Positions 21,144 to 30,347 of a DNA stretch of 64,000 bases are shown here, piece after piece; positions within the stretch are counted from its first letter, which is position 1, and the number at the start of each line of letters is the position of its first letter. Source of the stretch: an uncultured Planctomycetota bacterium (lineage in GTDB: Bacteria > Planctomycetota > Planctomycetia > Isosphaerales > Isosphaeraceae); the NCBI GenBank assembly GCA_963823665.1, contig CAWGMQ010000005.1, forward strand, positions 1,888,001 to 1,952,000, given 5' to 3'. A model generated the notes under the pieces. It saw only the letters and a program-made list of their open reading frames with translations. It made no database searches and was not told where the DNA came from. The translations under genes were made by a program, and so were the position numbers.

Positions 21144-22277
21144 GTGGGCGACGTGATCCATTTTTACAGCGTACACGCTGAATACGGCTGCTTCTCGAAC
21201 TTCTCGCGTCACCCGGTTCGGCTGAAGGGCAAGGTCTGGCCGACCAGTGAGCATTACTTCCAGGCGCAGAAGTTTGCCGGGATTCCTGACGAGGAAGAAG
21301 TTCGATTGGCGAAATCGCCCACGATCGCCGCACGGATGGGCCGCAGTCGCAAGCGGCCATTGCGCAAAGACTGGGAAGCCATGAAGGATTCGATCATGCA
21401 CGAGGTAGTGCTCGCGAAGTTCACGCAGCATGCTGACCTGCGGGCGATCCTGCTCGGAACCGGCGACTCGACGATTGTCGAGCACACCGAGAACGACCGC
21501 TACTGGGGCGATGGTGGTGACGGCAGCGGCAACAACCGGCTTGGTCAGATCCTCATGCGGGTGAGGGCCGAATTGCGGTCGATTCCCGCCACCGGTAAGC
21601 AAGTTGCTGGAAAACACCTGACGAACAGCTTCGCCGAGTGGCTGAAAACCACGTTCGCAACGCTCGTACGCCCGCTCATGCCGGATGACGGTGAACCGGA
21701 GACGGGTATTTCTGCCGTGGAGGCCCGGCTCAAATTGCGGCTGCCAGCCGTGCTACGGGAATATTACCTGCTGGCGGGAAGATTTGATCGATTCAACCGG
21801 GCACACAACGAACTCCGCCGGCCAGGGGACTGGACCGTGGAAGGCGGCAAGCTCGTGTTCCTCGAAGAGAACCAGTGTGTGGTTTTCTGGGGCGTGGAGG
21901 CGAGCACTCTGCCTGAAGACGACCCGCCCGTCCACCAGGCGGAGAACATTCGGGGGCGACCGGCCGAATGGTTTCTGGAGCACGAACGGTGCTCCGAGTT
22001 CTTGATCGTCATGCTTCACTTGCAGGCTGTCTGGGGAGGCTATGAATTCCTCGGTGGTTCGGAAGTGAAGCAGGAAGCGGTGACGAAGTTCCTGAACGGG
22101 TGGACTGCGGCCGGGACCGTCAATCAGCTTTCGGCATTCAACCGGGAGGGTGCGGCGGCGTGCATAATTCAAGACAAGAACTCGTTGCAGTTGTACGTCG
22201 GAGGGCGGACTGAACGCGAATTCGAGTTCATCAGGGCAGCACTTGAGGAGGTAGGCGTCGAGCTCGAGCACTGTTGA
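21144..22277 (+). CDS. NADAR (YbiA-like) domain fused to an SMI1/KNR4 (SUKH)-like domain
   Basis: FSNF..PTSEHYFQAQKF..AKFTQH..DRYWGDGGDGSGNNRLGQILMRVR, then ISAVEARLKLRLPAVLREYY..LVFLEENQ..DDPPV. Confidence 0.85.
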   Translation: MGDVIHFYSVHAEYGCFSNFSRHPVRLKGKVWPTSEHYFQAQKFAGIPDEEEVRLAKSPTIAARMGRSRKRPLRKDWEAMKDSIMHEVVLAKFTQHADLRAILLGTGDSTIVEHTENDRYWGDGGDGSGNNRLGQILMRVRAELRSIPATGKQVAGKHLTNSFAEWLKTTFATLVRPLMPDDGEPETGISAVEARLKLRLPAVLREYYLLAGRFDRFNRAHNELRRPGDWTVEGGKLVFLEENQCVVFWGVEASTLPEDDPPVHQAENIRGRPAEWFLEHERCSEFLIVMLHLQAVWGGYEFLGGSEVKQEAVTKFLNGWTAAGTVNQLSAFNREGAAACIIQDKNSLQLYVGGRTEREFEFIRAALEEVGVELEHC

Positions 22278-22289
22278 GACTGCAAAGGG

Positions 22290-22322
22290 CAAGCCCCCGG
22301 CGACTGAGCCACCGGGGGCTTG
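22290..22322. terminator. GC-rich hairpin between convergent genes
   Basis: CAAGCCCCCGG-N11-CCGGGGGCTTG, a perfect 11-bp inverted repeat. Confidence 0.7.
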
Positions 22323-22327
22323 TTGCG

Positions 22328-22603
22328 TCAATCGATCACTGCAGTCACGACACCCGAGCCGACCGTCTTGCCACCCTCGCGGATCACAATCCGGCTGCCA
22401 GTCTCCAGGGCGATCGGCTTGTCCAGGCTCACGTCCAGCGACGTGTGGTCGCCGGGCATCACCATCTCGACCCCCTCGGGCAGCGTCAATTCGCCGGTCA
22501 CGCTTGTCGTGCGGAAGCAGAACTGCGGCTTGTAGCCACTAAAGAAGGGCGTATGCCGACCGCCTTCGTCCTTGCCGAGCACGTAGACCTCACCACGGAA
22601 TCG
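22328..22603 (-). pseudogene. tuf: Isolated EF-Tu domain III remnant (divergent tuf fragment)
   Basis: [57 protein letters not shown]; no G-domain upstream. Confidence 0.88.
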
Positions 22604-22915
22604 AGTTGGGGGGCCACGAGGCCCAGGGGCGAGGCCATAACCACGGCGTCACCGTCCTTTCACGGTGACCGCCCTCCGAAATTGGATGACCTGGGCTAGA
22701 TTCGTCGTTCGTCGAGGAAACCTTTTGATGCTGGGCAATTCCGCGCCGGCGCCTGAGGAACTACCTCGAGACGAATCACGAAATCGGACACCTGGCTGCA
22801 CGAGGGGGTTCGGAGGGCGAACTTGACGGTGCGGGACGGCGTCAGGGTGGCAGCGGATTGCTGCGCGATCGTCGGCCGGGAGTTTCCGAATCTCTTCCAT
22901 GGCATGAGGCGGAAC

Positions 22916-23347
22916 ATGACGGACGCTGATATCGGTTCGCTCATTCGAGCCTTTGAGGACGGCTCTCTATCGAAATCAGAATGGACACACTCCAGGCACC
23001 TGGTCATGGCCCTCTGGTACTTGACGCGTCATGACAGGGATGAGGCAATCGGGCTGATCCGCGAGGGTATTCAGCGGTATAACGCGCGGCAGGGGAATCA
23101 CACCGGTTATCATGAAACAATCACCCTGGCCTGGGTTGCCGTGGTCGAGCGGTTCCTGGGCGCGAGAGACCTGAACGTGCCGGAGTCAGTGCTGGCCGAG
23201 GAGTTGTTGCGGCAATGCGGCGACAAGGATTACCTGCTGCGGTTTTACTCGAGGGAGCGGCTTTTCAGCGAAGAGGCACGGCACGGATGGGTGTCGCCCG
23301 ACCTGGGTGAAAGCTGCGTGAGAAGGCCCGTGTGGTCACGATGTTGA
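22916..23347 (+). CDS. Conserved hypothetical protein (WTH..HL / YHETIT / WVxPDL type); C-terminus probably altered by a deletion
   Basis: EWTHSRHL, GYHETITLAW, FYSRERLFSEEARHGWVSPDL. Confidence 0.7.
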   Translation: MTDADIGSLIRAFEDGSLSKSEWTHSRHLVMALWYLTRHDRDEAIGLIREGIQRYNARQGNHTGYHETITLAWVAVVERFLGARDLNVPESVLAEELLRQCGDKDYLLRFYSRERLFSEEARHGWVSPDLGESCVRRPVWSRC

Positions 23348-23640
23348 CCTCTGTTTGCACCGGAGCGCTACTGCTGGGCCGAGCGGGTCTGCTGGACGGC
23401 AAACGTGCGACGACGCATTGGCGGGCCGTGAATGAGATGCGGGGGTTGTTTCCGACCGTCAATGTGATTGACGATCAACACGTTGTCGAAGAAGGCGACG
23501 TGATCACGTCGGCAGGGATCTCGGCGGGCATCGATATGGCGCTCCGGGTAGTCGCCAGACATCATGGCGATGTGATTGCTCGGGCAACTGCCAGGTACAT
23601 GGAGTATCCGTTCCCCGAGGACAATCGGAGGAGAGTTTGA
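23316..23640 (+). pseudogene. C-terminal half of a DJ-1/PfpI family protein
   Basis: SVCTGALLLGRAGLLDGKRATTHW, ITSAGISAGIDMAL, ARYMEY; the N-terminal half is missing. Confidence 0.85.
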
Positions 23641-23758
23641 GATGGGTCGGCGGGGAGCGGGGGCTCAATGCGTCAGGCTAAAGCCTGACCTACTCAATTC
23701 TGTATAATCGACCTTGAGTAGTGAGCTGTGCTTCTGGAACATCCAGTAAGGAGACGCC

Positions 23759-24769
23759 ATGCCTTCCCAAGGTCCATCTCCCGCGTTGTTTTTCGACACG
23801 ATCAGCGCCTATCACCGTACCGAGGCTCTGCGCGCGGCTATCGAGCTCGATTTGTTTTCGCTGGTGGCCGCAGGGCGTCACACGGCAGGCGAGCTAGCCG
23901 AGGCGTGCCAGGCCGCGCCGCGAGGCGTTCGCATACTGGCAGACCATCTCGCTATTCTCGGCTTTCTCACCAAGCACGCTGACCGCTATGAACTCACGGA
24001 CGACACCAAGGTATTTCTCGATCGCAAGTCGCCGGCCTATCTGGGCGGTGCGGTCAGCTTCATGCTCGCGCCCGGAATGAGGGAGTGCTTTCAGCATTTG
24101 ACGGCGGCCGTGAAGCGAGGCGGGACGGCCGTTTCGGACGAGGGAACGGTCTCGCACGACAACCCGATCTGGGTTGAGTTCGCTCGCGCCATGGCACCGC
24201 TGATGCGGATGCCGGCCCAGTTGCTCGCGGGCCTGGTTGGCGGAGATGCTTCGCAACCGCTGCGCGTGCTCGATGTTGCCGCGGGGCACGGGTTGTTTGG
24301 GATCACGATCGCGGAGCGCTATCGGCAAGCTAAAGTCACTGCGCTCGATTGGGCGAACGTGCTGGCGGTTGCGGAGGAGAATGCTCGCCGCGCGGGTGTT
24401 GCCGAGCGGTATGCGTTGCTTCCGGGTAGTGCGTTCGAGGTTGATTGGGGCGGCCCGTACGACGTCGTGCTGCTGACGAACTTTCTGCATCACTTTGACG
24501 TGCCGACCTGCGAGCAATTGGCGGCCAGAGCGTATGCAGCTCTCGGGCCGGGTGGCCGGGCCCTTACGTTGGATTTCATTCCCGAACCCGATCGCATCAC
24601 GCCGGCAGCGACGGCCACTTTCGCACTCGTGATGCTGGCGACGACGGCTCACGGGGATGCTTATACGTTTGCGGAATATCAGGGAATTTTTGCGCGGGCT
24701 GGGTTCGGCCGCATTGAGTTCCATGCCCTGCCGCCGACAACGCAGCAGGCGGTGGTGTCGTACAAATAA
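23759..24769 (+). CDS. SAM-dependent O-methyltransferase with N-terminal dimerisation domain
   Basis: AAIELDLF; VLDVAAGHGLFG; NFLHHFD; GDAYTFAEY; RBS AAGGAG. Confidence 0.9.
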   Translation: MPSQGPSPALFFDTISAYHRTEALRAAIELDLFSLVAAGRHTAGELAEACQAAPRGVRILADHLAILGFLTKHADRYELTDDTKVFLDRKSPAYLGGAVSFMLAPGMRECFQHLTAAVKRGGTAVSDEGTVSHDNPIWVEFARAMAPLMRMPAQLLAGLVGGDASQPLRVLDVAAGHGLFGITIAERYRQAKVTALDWANVLAVAEENARRAGVAERYALLPGSAFEVDWGGPYDVVLLTNFLHHFDVPTCEQLAARAYAALGPGGRALTLDFIPEPDRITPAATATFALVMLATTAHGDAYTFAEYQGIFARAGFGRIEFHALPPTTQQAVVSYK

Positions 24770-24780
24770 GAAGTGACCCT

Positions 24781-25140
24781 TCAAACAATTCGAAGCAGAC
24801 GACAGGTGTCTTCGTAACTGGCTTCGAGATCCAAAGGGATGGAGAGCTTTTCCGTCAGCCAGAGAGGCAGGGTTGGCAGTGGTCTGCCAAGTTTCAAGGG
24901 TTTCCGCCAGAAGTCGAAGACGGTTTTTGTTTCCGTTCGCCGCGTCCGGCAGCAGGCTGCATCAAACGTGCCGATATCGACTTCGAAATAACTTCCCAGG
25001 TGGACCCGGGGGGCGGCCTGGTATCCTTCTGGCAGCACCGGCGCCAGCTTTTGAATGATCATCATGGGCCAGCCGCCGTGGACCTCTTCCCAGGAGTGCC
25101 GCTTGCTCACGGGAGGTCGAAAATGAACGCGAAATGGCAT
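24781..25140 (-). pseudogene. DUF4058-type protein with central deletion
   Basis: N-term MPFRVHFRPPVSKRHSWEEVHGGWP..FEVDIGTFD joined directly to C-term LPTLPLWL..PLDLEASYEDTC; only 119 aa. Confidence 0.7.
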
Positions 25141-25146
25141 CGAGGG

Positions 25147-25191
25147 CCCCCAGGCGTTGCCCTGGGCTAACTTGTTGCGCCCCTTCGGGGC
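25147..25191. repeat. REP-like double palindrome
   Basis: CCCAGG-CGTTGC-CCTGGG followed by GCCCC-TTC-GGGGC. Confidence 0.65.
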
Positions 25192-25429
25192 CGGGAGTCA
25201 GGGATTCGGCGAGCGCCTCATGAGAGTAGACCAGAATCGGTTAGCCGATTCCAGCCAGTTACACGCGCGAGAGAACCGGATCACCCACAATCTACTCGAC
25301 TTACGAAAAATCGGAATTTTCTTGTGTGCGCGTCGATCCGCGGAATTATCATTCGACTGAGAAGTGGTGTGAGACGAACGGTCTCAACGGACGTATCAAC
25401 GCGATGTCTCTCTTTGAGGGCAAACAAAA

Positions 25430-25969
25430 ATGGTGCGGCGATCCTTCGTAGTGTGCGGGCTGATGCTTACCCTTTCGCTCGCGGGCTTTGGAGCCGATAA
25501 GCCCGAGGGCAAGCTGCCGGCGCCGCGTACTAACGCGGGCCTGGAGAAGGTGAAAAAGTTGGCAGGGACGTGGCTGAATACGGACAAGGATGGGAAGGCG
25601 ACCGACGAGGTTGCGTCGATCTTCAAGGTGACGGCGGGCGGGAGCGCGGTGCACGAGACAATCGCCCCTGGCCAGGCTCACGAAATGGTCTCGGTCTACA
25701 CCGTCGACGGGCCCGACTTGATCATGACGCATTATTGCGTGCTGGGGAACCAGCCTCGGCTGAAGGCCGACTCGAATTCCTCGGAAGGCCAGATTGCGTT
25801 CCAGTTCGCCGGTGGCACGAACCTCGATCCGAAGAAAGACAAACACATGCACGACCTGACCCTCATCTTCGTGGACGACGACCACATCGAGGTGAAGGGC
25901 ACCGGCTGGGAAAACGGCGCGCCGTCAAAGGATATGTGCTGTGGGCTCAAGCTGGTTCGGAAGAAATAG
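25430..25969 (+). CDS. Secreted conserved hypothetical protein (THYC..GNQP motif)
   Basis: Signal peptide; HEMVSVY, LIMTHYCVLGNQPRL, HMHDL. Confidence 0.8.
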   Translation: MVRRSFVVCGLMLTLSLAGFGADKPEGKLPAPRTNAGLEKVKKLAGTWLNTDKDGKATDEVASIFKVTAGGSAVHETIAPGQAHEMVSVYTVDGPDLIMTHYCVLGNQPRLKADSNSSEGQIAFQFAGGTNLDPKKDKHMHDLTLIFVDDDHIEVKGTGWENGAPSKDMCCGLKLVRKK

Positions 25970-26187
25970 AAAGGACACGTGCGCTCACGGCGGCGTGTTC
26001 TTCGAGCCGCTCGGCGTCGGGTACCCCCCGGATTCCGAGCGGCTTTATTTCGTGCCGGACGGGATGCGCCTGGTGTCGCTTCTTTGACATCATCGGGCGG
26101 TCGTTGCCGCAGGATTGTAGTCGGCGACCGAGCTAGCTGGTGGCTGCCAGTTCGCAGCGCGTGGGATCTGCGTTCGGCCGGATCTAG

Positions 26188-26526
26188 CTAGCCCGTTCGA
26201 TGAGCGCCACGGGACTTCACGACGCGCTTGGCGATCGTGCCGGGGGAACTGTTTTGACCGAGCGGCTGCCAGGAGAATCGAAAAAGGGCTCGCCCGGTGG
26301 CGGGATCGGTTGCTTCGAGATCAATGACCTCGGTCAGAGAGACGCAGACCGAATCCCCGCTCGGAACATAACAGGTATCTTCGCCAGCATCTGAATGAGC
26401 GTGGGCGAATACGATGGAATCGCCAGCGGCGAGTGTTTTGGCAGCAGGCATCGGAAGGACGGCATCGCAGACTCGCCCTCTCTCCACGTCCGATATCCTT
26501 TGTTCGCTAGCGGGGTAACTGTTCAC
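26188..26526 (-). CDS. Hypothetical protein downstream of the RRM gene
   Basis: 112-aa ORF, co-oriented, 62 nt after the RRM stop. Confidence 0.5.
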   Translation of the reverse strand: MNSYPASEQRISDVERGRVCDAVLPMPAAKTLAAGDSIVFAHAHSDAGEDTCYVPSGDSVCVSLTEVIDLEATDPATGRALFRFSWQPLGQNSSPGTIAKRVVKSRGAHRTG

Positions 26527-26588
26527 ATGAGGCTCCGACCAATAGATGTTGGTTAGATCCGCTTGAAACCTGCCGAGATGGTGTACGA

Positions 26589-26882
26589 TCAGTTCTCTCG
26601 ACCGTTACCGCCAGCCAAGCTGATCGTGCGAGCTACCCTTGGCTTGGCAACGCTAACCACCAGCCGCCGCCCGTCGTGCTCTTGGTCGTTGAGTCCCTGA
26701 ATCGCAGCCTCGGCCTCTGCGTCGGTGTCCATCTCGACAAAACCGAACCCCTTGCTACGCCCCATATCACGGTCCTGGATGACCTGGGCGCTCTGCACGG
26801 TGCCGAAGGGTACGAACCAATTCGCCAAATCGACATGCGTCACGGAATAGGTCAAATTTCCGACATACAGCTTTTTCGCCAC
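26589..26882 (-). CDS. RRM-domain RNA-binding protein
   Basis: RNP2 KLYVGNL and RNP1 RSKGFGFVEM; GTG start. Confidence 0.95.
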   Translation of the reverse strand: MAKKLYVGNLTYSVTHVDLANWFVPFGTVQSAQVIQDRDMGRSKGFGFVEMDTDAEAEAAIQGLNDQEHDGRRLVVSVAKPRVARTISLAGGNGREN

Positions 26883-27189
26883 GAGATGATCTTTCTGGCA
26901 AAGACTTTCGACCCGCTCGATTCTTTCTGGGCCGATGAGAAAGGGGCACACAATGGAGCCCATGAGGCGGGAGAGACGAGAAGGGGAAGCAGAAAGCGAT
27001 TCGATGAGAACCCAATATGCTAACTCAATCGTCAAACCAACCAATTGAAGTATAACTAATTTGAATACAGAAAGAAATGACAAAACTTGAAACCTTCTCG
27101 GCTTGACCGAATGGGACGTGCTGTTCTTGATTTTTCTGGTCGCCGAATGGGATTCGATCAGCAGGACCATCCCGGCCCGCCCTTCAGGA

Positions 27190-27978
27190 TCAATTCCTCC
27201 GTCGCCGTCCAAGAGTCAGGACGCCCAGCGCTCCCGCACCGAGCAGCATCAAGCTCGACGGCTCGGGCACGGACTGGGTTGTCACCCCGATCGTCAAGAA
27301 GTCGATCGCGTAACCGTCGCCTCCGTCACCTCCTTCATCGATGCTCAAGGTCATGACGTTGGTGTCCAGAAGGAGTGATGGGCTGATCCCGATCGTGAAG
27401 AACTGGACGAGCGGGCCGCTCTCGTTAAGGCTTTCGAGCTCTGCCGTCAGCGCGACGTCCGTCGTGCCGTTAATCGTTGCGATGAACGGTTGCCCGAACA
27501 CCGGAAACTGGAAATCGTCCGCCGCGATTCCGAGAGTGAGCGTGGTCAAATGCTGGCCGGAAGGCACTAAACTGGAGTAGTCCATGGTCATTACATCCGG
27601 ACCGTTGATTCGTTCGGGGGATACAGAGTATCCATCGTGAAAGGCCGTCTGGACGGATCCCACGTAGATCTGGTCGGTTCCCGGGAAATCACCGGGGCCG
27701 GGAGTGAATGGGTAGCTATGGGGAGTGATTAACGAGGCCATGGTGACGACGTCCGGCGCCAGACCCACGAGGGTGGCGCCTGCCTTTGGATCGCTCGCAT
27801 AGGTGCCGGTCCCCAGAACATTCTCGTTGCCGTACTCAATCGCTCCACCTCCCGCGTGGACAGGCGAGCTAAAGGCCAGAGTGCAGATCATCGCAGCCAA
27901 GAGGCTGGCCAATGAGACACTCCACCGATTCGTTCGATACACGTGGCGATGTGCTGGAACCGCGAAGATACGAGTCAT
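27190..27978 (-). CDS. PEP-CTERM sorting-domain surface protein
   Basis: Signal peptide (..PVHA); C-term VPEPSSLMLLGAGALGVLTLGRRRRN. Confidence 0.9.
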   Translation of the reverse strand: MTRIFAVPAHRHVYRTNRWSVSLASLLAAMICTLAFSSPVHAGGGAIEYGNENVLGTGTYASDPKAGATLVGLAPDVVTMASLITPHSYPFTPGPGDFPGTDQIYVGSVQTAFHDGYSVSPERINGPDVMTMDYSSLVPSGQHLTTLTLGIAADDFQFPVFGQPFIATINGTTDVALTAELESLNESGPLVQFFTIGISPSLLLDTNVMTLSIDEGGDGGDGYAIDFLTIGVTTQSVPEPSSLMLLGAGALGVLTLGRRRRN

Positions 27979-28216
27979 TGTGATTATGCCACCTTTCTTG
28001 TCGCCGACGCCCGGTTCCCGTTTGAACCGGCGGCACCTTCGTGCGGTCTTCTATTACGGTGGACCCAGGAGTGCTTCCCAGTTGCGACCTGGTGAAGACC
28101 TCATTTGCCACCAGGTGTTGGTGCTGCGGTGCCGGCGCGGTCCTGTGAGTTGTCTAACAGCGAGCGCCTGGTCCAGTTGCAATCTTTCAACTTTCCAAAA
28201 GGAAACGAGATCATTC

Positions 28217-29071
28217 ATGAACCATTTCATCGTTCGTCTTGCGCCCGGCGTGAGCATGTTGGCCGTCATGGTCGTTGCATCGGCCTCGCTTGTAGGGGCC
28301 GATGAAAACGCGAAACCGCGGGTTTCGGTTCCCGAAGCAGACGGCAAGGCTGCGCAAATTCTGAGGGCTGCGCACGAGTATGTGGCTGCTCGCTCCGTTG
28401 AGATCGAGCAAACCGCCGAACAGACTGCCCGTGTTCTGGTCGATGGTAAGCCGTTGGGCGCGGAGCAAGCGACTAAACAAACCTCTCGTATCGAGGTTGA
28501 CGCTGACAAAGGGTTCGTGCGAATGACGATGCGCGATCAAGGCGGGGCGGATGTTGTTGTGATTCGCAAAGGCAATCGCATCGCAATGAAGATTGGCTCG
28601 GATCCGTGGACCGCGCCAAAGGGCAGTTATGCCCGGATTAGCGATCAACTGGGAAACCCGTTCGCTTGCCCTTTTCCAGGGCCCGGAGAGAAGCATTCGC
28701 CGAAGTGGACGATCGTGGGTGATGAGCATGTCGACGGCCAGGAGATGGTCGTAATCAAGACTGTCGGCGACAGTGCGAATGAGTATGCCCAGGCGCGGAT
28801 GCGCGACGGAATCGTGTCGATATTCCCTGATGCCTCTTCCCGCCCGACTGTTGAAGTCATGACCTACGAGTCACGGCATTGGATCGGCAAGGCTGACGAT
28901 CGACGGATGCGGGTGGAGCAAACTTCTCATCACACCCTGACGATGCCGGGAGCCGCCAAGACCGTGATCGACGTTGTGGGAAAAACGACGGCGATCTATC
29001 GTCGATACAACAGAATTGACATCGATGTGCCAGAGGGCGCGCGCGGCATCCTTTCTCCGGAAGACAAATGA
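28217..29071 (+). CDS. Secreted hypothetical protein (beta-rich; LolA/LppX-like fold possible)
   Basis: AAGGA RBS; signal peptide MNHFIVRLAPGVSMLAVMVVASASLVGA. The fold is a guess. Confidence 0.65.
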   Translation: MNHFIVRLAPGVSMLAVMVVASASLVGADENAKPRVSVPEADGKAAQILRAAHEYVAARSVEIEQTAEQTARVLVDGKPLGAEQATKQTSRIEVDADKGFVRMTMRDQGGADVVVIRKGNRIAMKIGSDPWTAPKGSYARISDQLGNPFACPFPGPGEKHSPKWTIVGDEHVDGQEMVVIKTVGDSANEYAQARMRDGIVSIFPDASSRPTVEVMTYESRHWIGKADDRRMRVEQTSHHTLTMPGAAKTVIDVVGKTTAIYRRYNRIDIDVPEGARGILSPEDK

Positions 29072-29132
29072 GTGTGAACCTCGCCGGTGTGTTCCTGGGA
29101 ACAAATCATGCTATCCGAACGATGAGGTAAAG

Positions 29133-29236
29133 TTGAAGCTCAGCGACGTCATTCCGTGGGGACTGTCTTTCGATACTCGGAGCGATTGAGCTTTGAGTTT
29201 CATCTGGCGTCGATTGAGGAGTTGCTGCGGGTGGCG
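29133..29236 (+). pseudogene. SAM-methyltransferase copy A: N-terminus fused to a C-terminal piece
   Basis: GAGGT RBS and TTG KLSDVIPWGLSFD, then a jump to YSERLSFEFHLASIEELLRVA. Confidence 0.75.
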
Positions 29237-29310
29237 AGGTTGGCAAGCGGCTAGACTCCGACCGGGGCAAGTTTGTGGTGCTGGCGCTGCCGGCGAAGTG
29301 CCAAAAGTCA

Positions 29311-29425
29311 AAGAAAAAAGCCGACCTGGGGGAACCTTTCGCAAAGTTCTCCCAGGTCGGCTTACTCTTTAACGAACCTGCCGGCAGGGCCGGGTTGTCC
29401 TTCGGCCAGTCATCCGACCATTTTC
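29311..29425 (-). ncRNA. Candidate structured leader/sRNA ending in an intrinsic terminator
   Basis: 5' GGUCGG, internal CCGGC/GCCGG hairpin, then AAGCCGACCUGGG..CCCAGGUCGGCUU plus a U-tract; promoter-like boxes directly upstream. Confidence 0.6.
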
Positions 29426-29432
29426 GCCGCTG

Positions 29433-29461
29433 GTTGTACGCTTTCGGGTCGGGGAATGCAA
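29433..29461 (-). promoter_or_regulatory. Sigma70-like promoter for the candidate RNA
   Basis: TTGCAT-17 nt-TACAAC on the minus strand. Confidence 0.5.
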
Positions 29462-29524
29462 GCACTGGCCAGCTCACCGTTTACATTCATAAGTCGAAAG
29501 ATATTTTTATTACATAAATAATTA

Positions 29525-29553
29525 TTGACATTTTGTTCGCTTTCGCCTATAGT
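29525..29553 (+). promoter_or_regulatory. Near-consensus sigma70 promoter upstream of hsp20
   Basis: TTGACA-17 nt-TATAGT, preceded by an AT-rich UP-like tract. Confidence 0.75.
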
Positions 29554-29683
29554 CGGATTGTAGCCAGAGAGACAAGAGCGATGAAAAGCCGGTCCGGCAA
29601 TCCACTGCACGGCTGGCACTATTTGATCCTGCGTGCCCGAGGTCATCGCCAAACGGCACGCTCAATGACGAAGGAGACTTGAG

Positions 29684-30136
29684 ATGACACTCACAAGATG
29701 GGACCCGTCCAACGAGATGGTCAGCCTGCGGGATGCTGTGAACTTCCTGTTCCAGGAGAGCTTCGTGCAACCGACGAGCGGCGCACGGTCAGAACGAGGA
29801 GCCACCACGGTTGCGCTTCCCTTGGATGTTACAGAGGGGGAGAACGATTTCGTGGTGACCGCCTCGCTGCCTGGTATCAAACCGGAAGATGTGCAGACGA
29901 CAGTCCTCGGCGATACCGTGATGATCAAGGCCGAGAGCAAGGCCAATGGAGAGCAGAAGGGCCAGAACTGGCTCATGCGAGAGCGCCGTTCGGGCTCATT
30001 CCAGCGTTCGGTAAACCTGGGCACGCCCATCAATGCCGACAAAGCGACGCACCACTTCGAGCATGGTGTCCTGACGTTGACATTGCCGAAGTCGGAGCAG
30101 GCTCGTCCCAGGCAGATCAAGCTCAATGCCCGCTAG
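29684..30136 (+). CDS. Hsp20 / alpha-crystallin small heat-shock protein
   Basis: RWDP..LRDAVNFLF; LPLDV.E; LPGIKPEDV; RERRSGSFQRS; HGVLTLTLPK; RBS AAGGAG. Confidence 0.95.
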   Translation: MTLTRWDPSNEMVSLRDAVNFLFQESFVQPTSGARSERGATTVALPLDVTEGENDFVVTASLPGIKPEDVQTTVLGDTVMIKAESKANGEQKGQNWLMRERRSGSFQRSVNLGTPINADKATHHFEHGVLTLTLPKSEQARPRQIKLNAR

Positions 30137-30161
30137 GTTCGAGTCAACTCAGATGCACATC

Positions 30162-30189
30162 GATGGGCATGGACCGGTCCATGCCCATC
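30162..30189. terminator. Perfect 28-bp palindrome after hsp20
   Basis: GATGGGCATGGACCGGTCCATGCCCATC; a second CGATGGG..CCCATCG hairpin at 30207-30234. Confidence 0.6.
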
Positions 30190-30347
30190 CGAATTAGCTC
30201 AAGACCCGATGGGCATTCCTTGCTTAACCCATCGTTCCCACCACCCCGCCAGCCAGCCGTGCAGGCAAACAATCTTCACGCCATATCCCATTTGACTCGC
30301 TCTTCCCGCCTTATCTCGAAGCCGGGCCGGACCTCGGTATCAAGATT

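Noticed and set aside
22670..22819. 11-bp inverted repeat CGCCCTCCGAA / TTCGGAGGGCG as MITE ends
   Set aside because: No target-site duplication and no second copy in the window; may be chance.
29275..29517. 80-aa ORF KKADLGEPFAKFSQVGLL
   Set aside because: It is the antisense translation of the hairpin-rich RNA element and has no RBS.
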